64,000 nt of DNA from Podarcis melisellensis (taxonomy: Eukaryota). The stretch is taken from the NCBI GenBank assembly GCA_964234715.1, contig OZ174276.1; one strand, given 5' to 3'. This document shows, one piece after another, positions 1 through 13,900 of this stretch (position 1 is the first letter of the stretch; each line of letters opens with the position of its first letter). Made by a program: the position numbers and the translations under genes. Below the pieces are notes generated by a model. It saw only the letters and a list, made by a program, of their open reading frames with translations. It was not told the origin of the DNA and ran no database searches.

Positions 1-1439
1 GTGCTTTAGTCAGGCTGACTCACACTGTGTCCACGTTCAGCCGAGAAATTATAGTGAAGCATTACGTATAAAAGAGGTTAAACTCCAGGCAGCTGCTGCT
101 GATGCACTACTTACTGTTTCCTGAAAGCAGCAAATGAGCAACTTGGCAGCTGTGGGGGAAATCGTTTCAGGAGGGGAATGGAGTCTGCTGTTCTGTTTTG
201 GGAAGTCTGCTGGCCTTTGTTGTTCATCAGACTGCTTTTGTTTAACTCTGGGTGGGAGTGGGAGAACAGCTTTAGTCGAGTCTTAGGTTGCAAAAATGTG
301 GGCATGTAGATTTATGTATTTTTTAATTTAAATAGGAGCATTGCAAATGGTGTAGCTATACTTTAAGCTTTGTAAACATAAGAAATATAGAAAACATTGG
401 ACCTACAACGAAATATTGCCATGTGAAATGCTCTTGTCCGTAATACGAGTCGGCCATTCCTTTTTCTGGGATGCTTCATTTCATTTGAGCATGCTAAAAT
501 CTTCATTGGTTTGTTCTGGGGGTCTCCTTTTAGGTTTTTCCTAACCCTTGTTTTTCATACTTTTGCAAACCTGTCAAGAGGGTTCTTTCCTACTAGGCAT
601 AGATGGAGTCCTTTCTAGCTTCAGAAGGAACTACACTTAAGAGAATGAGTTCGCTATTGATGTATAGGATTTGCTGTGTCAACGTGTTGCTGCTACACCT
701 GTCTTCTTGCTGTACTTCAGTTGCTGTGTGTGAGAGAGAAATCAGGTACAGTGTAGTATAAATATACAGCGAATACTCTTATTAGTCCCAATAATGATCA
801 TAGAGAAAGATTTGCTCCGTTTGTTGGAAGCACACCTTGAAACTCTTAAACCACGCCTATTCAGAAGTATCAGGCTGTTTCACATTGCTTTTAATGAGAC
901 TTATTTCCAGTTAAGTTTATGTTCAATATATCGCTCTGTGAACTCCTATACTGATCTACCACTGAGAGTGTCAAAGGAGAGTGTCAAAGGAGAAGATTGA
1001 CACGGAACCTGATGGCTGCCGCTTAATGGTTATATATATTGCCTATATGTAACAAGAGGGAATAAGTTGCCTAGGTGACCGCAGACCTGTTAGTTTAATT
1101 TAAGAGGTAAACAAGGCCTGGACCAAATTGTAAAAGCGAGAATTCTAAAGGTGATAGAGTAGATTCTATGTGAGTGTTAGAATGCTTTTGGTAGGTAACG
1201 GAATATAGAATGGAGCGGTGCACCCTAATCTGATATCTTTTAAAAATTGCTGCTGATTTCCCTTAATTAGGGAAATGTGTTCCGAACCAATTCTCTGGAT
1301 TTCAGTAAATTAAAACTTGGGTTCAGCAACGAGAACATCAGTTGGTCAAATAAAACCTATGCCTCTCTGGTTCAGCAAACCATTGATACGATAAGGCACA
1401 GGAAGCTCATATTATCCTCCTTTAACTTAATGTTTTGTG

Positions 1440-1700
1440 CAGGTATCATGCAGTGGGTAAGGAATTACTGGCGAGAACAAAGCGCTTCCATGCTAGAGAT
1501 AAGTACCAAGTAGCATTCCTCAAGGGTGAGTCATGGGACCCATGTTAGGAAATACTTTGGGTAGTAACCTGGGTAATGGCAGTAGGAGTGTTTTTAATTA
1601 AGTTTGCTGATGGCGCCACAGTCGCAGGCATTGTCAATACAGATAAGGATCAGGCACGTTATGCAGCTTGACCTGGCTGACGTTATAGACTGGCAGGGAT
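1440..1700 (+). mobile_element. Old CR1-type LINE RT fragment
   Basis: Degenerate IPQG..GP and KFAD(G)ATVAGIVNT..DQ, resembling CR1 PQGSVLGP...KFADDTKL. Confidence 0.65.
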
Positions 1701-1877
1701 AAAGTGTACAGACCTAGTGCTTTGGGTGCCCTAATCAGGATTGATTCTGTATGTTAATTTGAAGTAAAAGTTGTTGGCAGCTAGATCTTGCAACACAAAA
1801 ACTGCTTCTAGATTTGTTGACTCATGCTGTAGGAGGAGCACTGTTTGGGCACAGAGAAACATAGTCCAAAGCTAAGA

Positions 1878-2075
1878 GGTGGTGCCATGTAGTGGTTAAG
1901 CAACTGAGCAGAGAGCCAGGAAGTTCTCTACTCAAATCTATCTGACCCGACCTCAGTAGGTGCCTTGTTGTGCAAGGGTGGTGGTGGTATTGACTCACCT
2001 TTTTCAAGATTCTTACATAGGGGTTCCTGAGAAGATAAGAGAAGTGCTTCGACTTCTAAAGTGCTACAAAGCACA
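1878..2075 (+). mobile_element. Old tRNA/CORE-type SINE remnant
   Basis: tgtagtggttaagca...agagccagga..ttc..ctcaaatc.., ggttcctgagaagataa..aagtgcttcgac. Confidence 0.5.
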
Positions 2076-4646
2076 CATGTGATTCAATTGTTGCTTTCAT
2101 CATCTGGGACTGGGACAGACCACCAGTTTGTGTGGGGTTTTCGCATGCCACAACTGCGAAAGGGTTGCTTCAGAAGTAGGCGATCGGGGGTTTCCCCCCA
2201 GAATGCCTGGCCGTAGTCGCAGTAAGCTTGATAGCTTTGTGGTTTGGAGAAAAGCTTGCTGTTTTTCTTCCAGTAGTAACTGAAGCTGCCTTGAATGCTG
2301 TAATGTTGTTAAAAACCTTGGCTGTGTTACACTTACCAAATCTTGCACAAAGGCAGAGAGAGAAGCTGAACAATAACAAACTAATGTCTTGGCTGTGCTT
2401 TGGGAACAAATCCGAAAATAGCCTTGCAGAATGTCAACCAATGGGAAGCTGGAGAAGGGTGAAGCAACCAGTGACTTAAGTGATGGAGCCAGTGACACTG
2501 TTGACTGTTGTCACCAAATGCTATCACTTCCACAGGACCTCAGAAACCCAGTCCTAGTTGGCTGGGGTAGCCTAGGGATCTGGTGTCATCCCTGCTTGGC
2601 AGGTGCTGCTGTCTGTGCCCTTTTATGAGCGAGAGTTGCCCTCTTGCGTAAGCCTCCCCACCGGGTTGTGTGCACTCCTCTCTTCTTGCAACACGTGGCA
2701 GATTCCTGGAAATGCACATGAATTCGCTTCCTTGCACCAGGCAAATGGGTTCAGTGGTTTGAGTTTATATCTTATCCTCTATCAGAGATTTAAAGTCAGT
2801 AACAATGCTGATTAAAAAAGAGCAAATGATTTTTTAAAAATCCACACCCACCCCTAATTAACCATCAAAAATGTCTTCTCAATTTATAATGTTTCTTTTC
2901 TGCAGAAAGATGCTGAAGCTGGGGCTCTGGTGAAGCTGCAGGAGGAGCAAACCTCCATGAAATGGCTTTTAAAAGCTGGGGATTAGACAAATGCAGGAAG
3001 GAACCCATAAGAATCAGCCATGATAACTAAATGATAACCAGAGGCAGTATAATGGGGGGGAAAGCAAAAGAGGAAGATTCCATGCCCTGTTTGTGAGCTC
3101 CCAAGGAGCATCTAACTGCAAGAAACAAAACTTTGGACTAAACAGACCCTTAGTCTTGTCAGGCACGTTGACTGTGCTTTTTAAGCTTGCTGCTATCATT
3201 AATGCTTTGACTGTACATGCCTGTTTTGCATTAGTTTGCCTGCTGCTTCTAGTTATGGACATGGACAAAAAGACTATGCTGTGTACAGAATCTTACCCTC
3301 CCTGAGCATTGCAAAGGGATTCAGCCTGCCTGCCTGTTTTGTTATTTTCTTCACACCTGTAAGGGCAACCTGCGGCTCTCCAGATGTTGCTGGACTCCAA
3401 CTCCCATCAGCCCCAGTTAACATGGCCCCAATGGTCACAGGTTCCCCATTCCTATGTTAGATAGGCTCTTCTAAATACCGGTAATGGTTGAAGCAATTAT
3501 ATATATCTGCTGCTCATTGTGTGTGCCACAGGAACATGTGGTAAGGTAATGTCAGTATGCAGTGCACTAAGAGACAGAATAAGCCACATGCTGAATGTTT
3601 AGCATCTAACGACTTCTGCTGTAGCTTGAAGCCATCGTTCTGCTGAAGGAAGATGCATTGTGTACTTGGCCACAGAATCTGTATTTTGCACAGTGTGACG
3701 CTGAAGGTTTAGAATGCCCAAAGCTCTAAACAACGGTTTCCCCCCTCTGTCTACATTTATGGGAACTACTCATTAGGCTCTAAACTACGTGTTACTTCAT
3801 CTCCCTGCCCACCCCACCCTTGACCCTCCAATCGAATATCTCTCATTAGTATTGGTTCACACATGCAAGTTTGAAACTAAACACTACAGAGGCTGATTCT
3901 CCCCAAACACTATGCCGGGCAATGAATCCATATACATTCAGCTGTGAGTTATCAGTGAACCAAGTGTACATCTTTCCTTTGATTAACTGAAATCTGGAGA
4001 GGCAGATTTATCTGAGTACTGAATTAGATGAACCAGTGGTCTTCTTCCTATGTTCCGCTGTGTACTTTGCATTAGTCAAAACTTGCCATAGTTGGACCCT
4101 ACCCCTCCCACCTCCAGTTTCATGCAATGGCAGCAACAAAGCTTTTTGCTCCTTAAACGCCTTAGCATTCTGGCAGCTGGCATGCAAATTGTGCGATAAT
4201 TCAGTCGCCTGGTATGCTGTTCTGAATTCCCACTTGTAGAATTTCAGGCACATCAGCTATTACTATAGCAAACTGGGACACATAATGGATGAGACTTGCA
4301 GCTAACACATGAATCTGAGCAAACACAAGGGACTGCTCTGTAGAATGTGGTTAAGAATCATGGCCCCATTTATGGGGGGCCCTGTGCCATCTCCAGTACT
4401 AACAGCTTTCTTCCTCTCTATGTGCGTGACATAAAGGCTGGTGGTCAGCTAAGTTTTATTCAGAATAGACCCATTGAAATTAATGGACCTAACTTAGTCA
4501 TGATCTTTAATTTGAGTGTGATTGCTGTGAGTAAAGCTTGGATGAATACCACCCCAAGTTTTTTCCGCCTACTGTAGAAGAAGAGTTACATGCATTGGCC
4601 CTGGTTCTTACATCACATTAAACCAAAGTTTTGAAACAAACTATGG

Positions 4647-4647
<1 letters not shown>

Positions 4648-4692
<45 letters not shown>
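4648..4692. repeat. (TAA)n microsatellite
   Basis: About 15 consecutive taa units. Confidence 0.95.
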
Positions 4693-6699
4693 TAATTTTA
4701 CTTATACCCCACCCTCCCCATCCAAGACTGGGCTCAGGGTGGCCAACACCAAATACAAAAACAACTGATTGAAATACAGCTAAAAAACCAAGATTAAAAT
4801 ACAACATTAATGTGAATGTGCAGCAAGTTCTTGCTCCCAACCCATAAGCGCTGCTCCTGATGTTGTTGCACCACTGGGAAACTAGGTAGAGTCTGGCTTA
4901 TTGTGGTATCTGGCTTGTGGTTCATTGTTCTTCAAACCAGCCACAAGCAGTAACCATGCTTTATTCTTGACTTACGGCTTGTTGCATGTTTAGAGGAAAC
5001 AAACCCACAAGCCCAGATTTGAACATCACAACAAAGTAGACGCCAGCTTGTTTTGTTGACAGCGTAGAAGCAAAAGGAGTGGGAGGAGCTATTTGAGCAG
5101 CATGCATGAGCACACTGCTTGTTCACATTCAACCATATTTTTTTAATAAAAAAACCCTATAGTTTAATATGGCATGCGGACTAGGCCATTCTCTGTACCC
5201 ACTCAAGCCTGGAAGGATTCATCCTATTCCTAAGTAGCAACCCCCTTTCCCATGCATCAACACCTTGCCGTCTCACAAACTTTTGCTTTTTAAGTTTGTG
5301 TTTCAGTCTTTTCGAAAGCTGTACTATTTTCCCTCCCTCCCCGCCTCCAGCACACATTCAGGTCATTGTGTAAAATGAATTGCCCGCCCACCCCTCCAAA
5401 ATATGTTCTCATCTTTAAATAGAGGTCTGTTGCATGAATGCTGAAATTTCTTTGGGGGCATGTATTCACTGGTAGTTTGGATACGCCCACAGAATAAACT
5501 TAAGATCCCTGGACATGTAGTAGCAGCAGCAGCAGTAGCATGGATAAACTGCAGCCATTCATCCACATTGCTAAGAAATAATTTATACAAACACGCACGT
5601 ATGGAAAGCATTTGCTGCTCTCATCCTAGCAGGGAGGCCCAACAGCTCCAGGCCTGCTTGGTTGGCCTTTCATTGGCTAGAATTTGTTTTGACTCTACGG
5701 TGCCTATTCTTTTCTCTCGCTTCAGGACTGAATGTGCTCATGTATTTAATGTACCGACACTGTGGGAAATATGGAGAGCTGCAATGAATAGGCTAGTTCA
5801 CAGGGCTCCTTTGCCCCCTTTCCACCCGCAACATACTGAATGCTTGCTCTGTTCAGGGAGCAATGGAGGCTGACAGCAGGAAGGGCCAGAGCGCTGTGCT
5901 CATTCATAAGCGCTGTGTGTGTTGACAACAGATTAACCCATATGCAGTCGACTCCACACCACCCCTCTGCAGCGGCCATTTTATTGGGTCTGTCTTGTTC
6001 ATAGCATTAAGGCCTTAAGAGTAGGAATGAGGTGTATCTTCGGCCTTGCTGTCTGCAGTGCAGGTCTTCTTGGATATAAAAGCTGTCTGGGGTAGGTAGC
6101 GAAGCTGTACTCCTTTATATTCAATTAGGGTTGATTTATACAGTATCACCATTTTTTTAGTTGCCCTGTGCAGACTTTTAGTTAGACTGAGGCTCTCGTG
6201 CAACTGCCAATTGGAAATGGAAGTACTTTACTTTATGTAGACCATGTTATGGCACTAACACGCGCGCGCGCGCACACACACACACAGTCAGATACACAGG
6301 ACTTTTATTCCTTGCTTTCTCTTTGGAGGCTAGTTAGGCCAAATATTGTAGGCAGCTACCTATGGTTTGCATACTCATGTATTAAAGGGAGTTGAAACAG
6401 CAGTCCCTGTAAGAAGCCAAGAATGCCTTCTCTCAGACCACCAGAGGGGGCAGTAGGGTTTACACCGTAATGTAAATTAAAGTACAGTACCGGAAAGCTG
6501 AATAAACAGTGTTGCAAAGGGAAGATGGTGCCCACCTGCTATACCTCTGGTCACTCAACAGAGTCCTGATACAGTAATTAAAGATGAATGCATTTTTTTT
6601 TAATGACTCAAAACTTTCATAGCCTAGAGGCCATCAGCTTCATGAAGTGTTACCTCAGTTGGCAGGTATATGAGGTCAGTCAAGCAACTTGCACATTTC

Positions 6700-6760
6700 A
6701 TGGCTCTGATGAAGTGAACTCTAGGCCACAAAAGCTTATGCTATAATAAATTAGTTTAAG
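6700..6760 (+). mobile_element. Penelope-like terminal fragment with degenerate hammerhead motif
   Basis: ctgatgaagtgaactctaggccacaaaagcttatgctataataaattagt. Confidence 0.7.
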
Positions 6761-6780
6761 CGGTCCCTAAACTGCAACCA

Positions 6781-6958
6781 GCTGTTCAGCAGTGGAACAG
6801 GCTCCCATGAGAGGTGGTGGACTCTCCTTCCTTGGAGGTTTCTAAGCAGAGGTTGGAAGGCCCTCTGTCATGGAGGCTTTAGCTGAGATTCCTGCATTGC
6901 AGGGGGTTGGACTAGATGACCCTTGGATCCCTTTCAACTCTACGATTCTGTTATTCTG
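6781..6958 (+). mobile_element. CR1 LINE 3' end
   Basis: cagtggaacaggctccc..gaggtggtggactctccttccttggagg..gggggttggactagatgacc..tcccttt caactctacgattctgttattctg. Confidence 0.88.
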
Positions 6959-7657
6959 AATTAACTGTCCATTAATCACCCTGCAGTATTCTGTCAGGGT
7001 GGTTAAACTGGATCTCCCTGCTGCCACCACGCATACCCTGGCAGGTTTTTGTGCTTCCTCATGGATGACAGGAATTCTGAATTAGTTTTTAAAGTCTGTT
7101 GATATTTCAGTCACAGAACCAGGGTGTGCATTAAAGCTGGCTGCGGGGCAAATTGTCTGATTGCTCTGTCAGAGGGCCAGCTCTAAAGCCTTAAATGAGT
7201 TGTATGGGGGAAAGTTCCTCATTAAAAATTGAAAATCAATCTAGTCCTGCACTCTGTGGCTCCCTGAACCTGAGGCACACCTGACTTCTCAACTGGTTCA
7301 AGCTGCATTTTGGCATTGCGGCCAAGGAAAACGCAGCAAACACCGCAAACTCAACAACACAAAATACTTCAGGGACTCCAAATGCAGGTTTCATAAGTGC
7401 TTCTTCATGTTGTGCATAGAAGCTGTACTCCCCACCCCCCCCCCCAATATGGAAAAAAGCTGCACTACTTTTCTGTGTGTTCCTTCAGCCAGTCAGGAGC
7501 TTTATCTGTATCACATGTTTTTGAACACTGCCTCTTTTATATTGTTGTTGTTGTGAAATTTATTAGCCGGCCTTCACCTTGTGGTCCCAGGGTGGGTTTA
7601 AACCATTAGAAACAATTTAAAACAACCCACAACCACAAAAAACAAGGCGTTTTTAGC

Positions 7658-8999
7658 TAGGGTTGCCATATTTTAAAATGTGAAAATCCAGACACAAAAG
7701 TTATTTTTTGGCCAAAGTTGTTGAGCTACAATCAAGTTTTTTTACCAGCACCTTTTCCCCCCTAGAGTAAAAGCACTGGTAGCATTTCACAGTTCTGCCT
7801 CCTTTCCCTTCCACCCCTTACGGGTGAAACAGGAGGCTGGGTTCCTCGATTAATTCATGGCGAACCAAGGCTGCAAAACAAAGGCTAAAGACTGGCCTTG
7901 TTACTGATAACTGTACCCGCTGGCTGCTCAAAACAATTCCTGTTCTAGGAGTGCAAGCACATTCTTGCTTCACTCAGGACTGAGGCCTTCCACACCCGCT
8001 AAACTTCCCTTAAAGGTCCCCTATGTATGTATACAAAACCATTCTTTTGCAATAGGCTTATTTTAACACTCTCAACCAATGTTGTTGGACGGAGGCCAAG
8101 TCAGGGCAGGGAAGCCATAGGGAGAGCCAATGCAATATTCCCGTACGTGTTGCGCAGCAAGTGGCTTCAAGGAAGCGTCTTATCTCCTTTCATCCACAAG
8201 ACAAGCAAGTGGCTTGGTTTCTGGAATAAAAATACCTCTCCAACTTTGCTGCCTTTGCTGGAACTGTGGGTTGTGGGGAGTGTGTTTCCTCCTGGCATTC
8301 CCTGCTACACTCTGCCCAGACTTGGATTTCCTCCCACTCCTGTGTTGTTTAAGACATAAAGCGTGGGGCGGGAGAGAGAGAAGAAGAGGTGGTTTCGAGA
8401 AGTACTTGAAGGCTTGCCAGAAGTATGATGAAAAAGCAGTTTTCCCCCTCACACACATTGGTTGTACAAAAAAAATGCCAACAGCGTGGTGGTCTGAGAC
8501 CAGAGTTAGACTTGTTCATCATTTGTAAACAGTGACTGCTATGAAGCACCATATGTAGCTTAGATCTTTTTATATCTGGGCACTAAGAGACTGATAAGAC
8601 CAAGTGCCTCCCTTCCTGAGCAATTCTGCTAATTTGCTTTGATTTAGGTACCAGGTACAACAGTCAGCTGGTCAACTGTGATCAAGTTGTGTTTTTAAAA
8701 GGTTTCCGAAACATTTCTTTGCCGCCATAGCACCAGCTTTACAGTGTGCACAACCATGCTGCAAACCTTCCTTGAGAGTCTGTGTGGATCATATGTTGAG
8801 TGCAAATGACTCCTTCTTTTTTTTTTGCAATATTATATCAGTTACATTTATGTGCTGATTGTTTTATTGGGCTAGTTTGCTAGCAAAGCGCAACCACATA
8901 CCTGGGAAGTCAGCCTCAAAAGCTTTGGAGTTTGTCTAAAAATGACTCAACAACTTTCAGGGTGTCCTGGTTTTCACTTTTTGAAATATGGCAACCCTA
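7658..8999. mobile_element. Non-autonomous DNA transposon (about 1.34 kb) with about 38-bp imperfect TIRs
   Basis: tagggttgccatattttaaaatgtgaaaatccagacac versus reverse complement of the 3' end tagggttgccatatttcaaaaagtgaaaaccaggacac; subterminal aaagttgttgag at both ends; no TSD recognised. Confidence 0.65.
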
Positions 9000-9084
9000 A
9001 CATGTTGAGCCCACCAAAAGAATTCTAAAAGGTTGGAGAATCAGGACTTGGCAGAAGTTCTGCTGACACTTCCTCAGCAAGGCT

Positions 9085-9480
9085 TGATCTTCTTCATTCT
9101 GGCTTTTATTATGCTTTCCAACATCTCCGCCGCATTGTGTTTCTTTTTGCTTGTCTTATCAGCTTATATTTATTTTGTCAGTATCTGCGCTCTTTCATGT
9201 TTTATCTCGTTTGGGCAGGACTTCCACTTTTTAAAGGAAGTTGTCTCGTGGTGTTTCCTTTTATAGTTTCTTTGACTCAACTCGTCTACCACAGTGCTGC
9301 ATTCTTTGGATTGTTGTAACTTTCCAATTTTAAGATAAACGTTCTGTTTTCGAGTCCCTAATATGACGTTTTTAACTAACCTTTGAGCATCTTCAATATA
9401 TCTGACCGTTTTTGAATCTCCCATTGCAAGTAATCTTCTATTACAGAGTTCATTTTTCATGGTTAAATGTATTGAATTTT
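9085..9480 (-). mobile_element. Degenerate CR1 ORF2 fragment
   Basis: SFKKWKSCPNE..., frameshifted IRQAKKK...; typical CR1 EN-RT linker region. Confidence 0.6.
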
Positions 9481-10392
9481 TGGAGCATCTTACCACTCAT
9501 ATAAATGTGTGGCTGTCCCCAAGCAGTTCAGTAACACAAGTCTCCCTTACCATTATACACATTGTCAAGGAGGGGGTCACTTTCCTGAGTCTTCCCTCCA
9601 AGCTACTAACCAATACTTGCTCACAGGATCACTACTTCATGACACAAATTAATAAGTATCTGCGAGTATAAAGGGAAGCAAAATCTTGCCACTGGCACTC
9701 CAATTGATGTTGCATGACCCCCTGCCACCCACACCCTGCGTGTAGATATTAGGGGCTTGAAAGGGGGAGGCACACAAGGGTGCACCCCTGCTTCACCTTC
9801 TCATAAACTCCTCTTTGTGTGCATGACACGTAAAGGAGCAAATAACATGCCCCAGATCTGAGCGCCTTCGTTGTTAAGTCAGGGGTTGCCTCCCCTCTAG
9901 TTAGCTGTGTGAGTTTGACCTGCTTCTCTGGGTCACAGTAATTTATCACATCGAGAAATTTTGTCTCCTCAACATGAACACTCAAGTCGATGTGAGAGTA
10001 AGCTAAAATCACTTATTAAAACATTTTCGCTTTAGAATGCCGCCTTGATGTCTCTCCCCTTTGAAAATTTATCGTCAGAGCGCTAAGTGCAAGAGGGAAT
10101 AGTGTGCACTCAGTTATTCATCTATTTCTTAGGCTTAGGGTTCTATACAAACTGGATCAGTGCAGGAAATTGACCAGACCCCTTTCAATCCAATCTACAG
10201 TCCTTTTAAAAGTAACTCTGTATAACAGGCCAAGTAGCTCACTACATGCTAGGAAGTTCTTTTGTGTGTGGTATGCAGTACAGTAAGCGCACATCTTACA
10301 TACATTTAACTTCTGCACCTTCAGCTTTGCATGCTTTGCGGAAAGCCCAGGGGAAAAATCTGGGCGCCATTGTACCCAGTGTGTTTAGATTA

Positions 10393-10634
10393 CAGTGGTA
10401 CCTCGGGTTACATATGTTTCAAGTTACATGCGCTTCAGGTTACAGACTCCACTAACCCAGAAATAGTGCTTCAGGTTAAGAACTTTGCTTCAGGATGAGA
10501 AGAGAAATCGTTCTCCGGCGGCGTGGCGGCAGCAGTAGGCCTTATTAGCTAAAGTGGTGCTTCAGGTTAAGAACAGTTTCAGGTTAAGAACAGACCCCCA
10601 GAACGAATTAAGTTCTTAACCTGAAGTACCACTG
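10393..10634. mobile_element. Tc1/mariner (Tigger-like) MITE
   Basis: TA|cagtggtacctcgg...gaagtaccactg|TA. Confidence 0.88.
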
Positions 10635-10800
10635 TACATGGCTTTTCTTTAGTCCAGTGTTAGAAGGTACAGCTAAAGCATCTTCGCCGGCTTTGTTTTG
10701 CAGGAGGCTGGACAGAGAACTGTCATCACAATATTCCTCAAACTCATGTTGCACATTGCAGGAGGTGATGAAAGATGATGCACCACATGCTTTATTATAT

Positions 10801-10950
10801 TGTGTAGTGTAGTTGACCCAGGGAGACCTAGGTTCAAATCCTTGTTGAGCCATGAAGTTCACTGGGGTTGGCCTTAGGTAATTCTCTTCTCGAGTCTAGC
10901 CTAATTTCCATTCAGAGCTATATTGTGAAGTTCGTGAGATAAAACCCATG
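10801..10950 (+). mobile_element. Old Squam3/MIR-like SINE remnant
   Basis: gggagacctaggttcaaatcc..gagccatgaagttcactggggttggccttagg. Confidence 0.6.
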
Positions 10951-13900
10951 TAGCCTTTTCCTTCTACCTTACATTTTCCATGCAGATACAAGGGCAGGCA
11001 TCACTTGCACTGTATATTATGGCTCTTTACATGACAAGACAAAACAAAAGAATTGAAAACAAGTCCTATGGCCCATCCCATTTCCATTTGTAGCCCATAT
11101 TTATGTTGGCCTGAAGTCCTTGAAAGAAAGATGTGCTGCATAACAACATGGAGAGGGGAGATTTGTGGGTCTCTTCCCCAGTTCCAGATGTGGGCCTAGC
11201 CCCTACGCCTCTCAGTGCAGGGTGGTGCAAACAAGGGAGTTTCTCCCTTCACAATGTCTAAAAGAAAGCACAAGCTGCTGTTGCAACTTCCTTTTTAATG
11301 TGCAAATAAAAAGCCCTAAGGTCTCTGTGGTTTCCCCTCAGTGACACGGTGTTCCAGTCTTGAGTGTTGCAACAGCCCCTCAAGAGCTCTTTTGAAATGA
11401 GTGGAAAGGGCCGTTGGTGAATGGGAAGCAGCTTGTGAGGGCAAAGAAGAGGCGAGGAGGAGGGTATATGGAAGTGATAGTGTCTCCGGCTCTTGCTGTT
11501 CTATCTCCAGTCCCAGAGAACAGGCCAAGGAAGGGGTTATGAATGATGCTTCTGCTTCCGGAGACAGGATACCATATTGTGAAAGGCAGATGACTTTGTA
11601 GGCCACAGGCCACAGCTCTGGTCGTTCTGAGAAGATAGATAACTCACTTTTGAAACCGAAGGAGCTTCTGCTTAGAGATGCCACAATATGGAGGGAGGAG
11701 GATGAGAGAGCTTGTAATTTCTTGCTGCTTAACATGCTGGGCTGGCCCTACTGTTAGATGGGGCGGAGATGACTGCCTCAGGCAGCAGCTGCTGGGTGGG
11801 GGTGACCATTCCTTTCTCTTGGAAGCAGAGCTCTGTGTGCCATACTGCCTGTGCAGGTCCCCCTAAACTATCATATTACCTCTGGTATGATGGTGGACAC
11901 CAACACGTCTTCTTTGTCACAGCATTCTTAGACTGCAATTCTGTACACACCTGGGGGAAGGTCCCACTAAATTCACTAGAAGTGCGTTTTGAGGAGCCAA
12001 GCACAGTAGGAAGTGGTGGTGAAATGCATTTTCCTCCTCCACTTTCATCACATGGAATATAAAATGTGGATGGTTGTCCACAGCTTGGCTGTTTGTTACC
12101 TCACTTCAACACTCCAAGCATGCAAGCTACTGGCTTAGGTTCTGCCCATAGTACAAAGAACTGGAGATAGGGTTGCAGTGGGGACATGTTCTGAGTGTAA
12201 AGGGGGTGACCCTGGGGTGTAAGTAGCTGAGGACCGACCACAAGTGCCCTGGGCATTCTGCCTCCCTTGTTGCATTTCTGTCGGACCAGGGTGTTGTTTT
12301 AAGCTAGGCTGTGCTATGCTAGAAGGATCCCTTTCATTGGCATGTGGGCATGTGTTCTGTTTGACTTGCAATATGATGGAGCCCAAACTCTGGAGGGCAG
12401 CACATTAAGAACCATTTGACAGAGTATAGCAAAAGCAGGCAGGATGCAGCATTGGAGGGAAAGAAAGCCTTATGGTTTGGGGTTTTTTGGAGGGGGGAGG
12501 GAGAAGTACAGGAGGCATTTTGGGGGGATGTAGAGATGAGGGGATGTGTGTGCTGCCCAAATGCATGCTAGGGATGGAGAAAGTGCTACAAATAAAAAGG
12601 AGCATGCATAAAATACAACAGCCCATGCTTGCTTCTGGGGGGAATGCATAGTAGACTGCGCAGTCTCTTTATACTTTCTCCAGTGAATTTTGAAGGCTAT
12701 CTTGACCAAATACTAAATCTGGTCTCGAGGGATCATGTATACCTATGGTTTTTGGATCTTTGACGACTTAATACAAATGGTATTGGCAGGAGCAGTTGAA
12801 ATGGGCAGAGTTCTTTGGGTCCAGGAATGCGTCAGGGGAGTAGCAGCATGTTTTTCTGTTGTTTGTAACCAAATGTAAAAGATTTTCTGAATCACAAACA
12901 CAATAGGATGGATTGCAGCAAAAAAGCCTGAGGACTATTATGTCAAACATCTCTTGGTGTGCATCTCCTGCATGCCTCCTGTACATACATGGAAGGTACT
13001 TTATTGATACTTCACATTTTCAATTGATAATATATAAACTGTTCAGAGGTTTTTCTACAGTCAAGCCACATATAAATTTTATTAAATAAATTAAAATAAA
13101 CTGGCAATGTTTTTGAGAGAGACTTTTGTCAAAAGACTGACCATTCTGGTTTGGGGAGGATTGAATACTAAACCCCTCCCAAGTATGCTGTATGTTAGAT
13201 GGATTGCTTTGAAACAGCTTGACATTGAGGAATGTTTGTCTCACACACCTTTCTTTAGTTCGTTGACAGCATCATGGTATTTTAACTCCACAGCCTCAGG
13301 TGTAGCCTATATTTGATGAGTCCTAATTTCAGCCCTATGGGTGGTTCTTGCACAAACTAATGTAACTCTGTCACATTTATTCACAAATTCCTAAGTTAAA
13401 TCCCCCCACATGATGGTGGAAAAAAGCAGGGGTAGGGTGGGGAGCCCATGAGGTTACTGGACTCCAGCTCCCATCATCCCTGGTCAGCATGGCAAGTGGT
13501 CAGGGAAGAAGGGAATTGTATTTCAGCAACATCTGGAGGGTCACAAGTTCCCCACCTCTGGATTAATGATTCTCCCATCTGTAAGGATTCTACTTGTATT
13601 ATATTATGCCCATTTAGAGGGAGCTGGCACATGGACTGATAACCTACCTGCCATGGTCACCAAGAGTTCCAAGGTGTGACTCCCACAAGCACTCAGTCCC
13701 TATGAAGCATTTCCCAGTAATTTACATTGGGGAGACACCTGTGATCTACAGTGGGCAGAAAATATTGTGACATTGCAGGCCTTGGTGTGACACAAGAGAT
13801 CAATCCTATCTCCTCTGGTCCTTCAGAGAACTCTGGAGGAAGGGTAGGTAAAGCCTCTTGCTTTGTGTGGTGTGTTTAGGCAGGAGAGTGTTTTTTCTTT

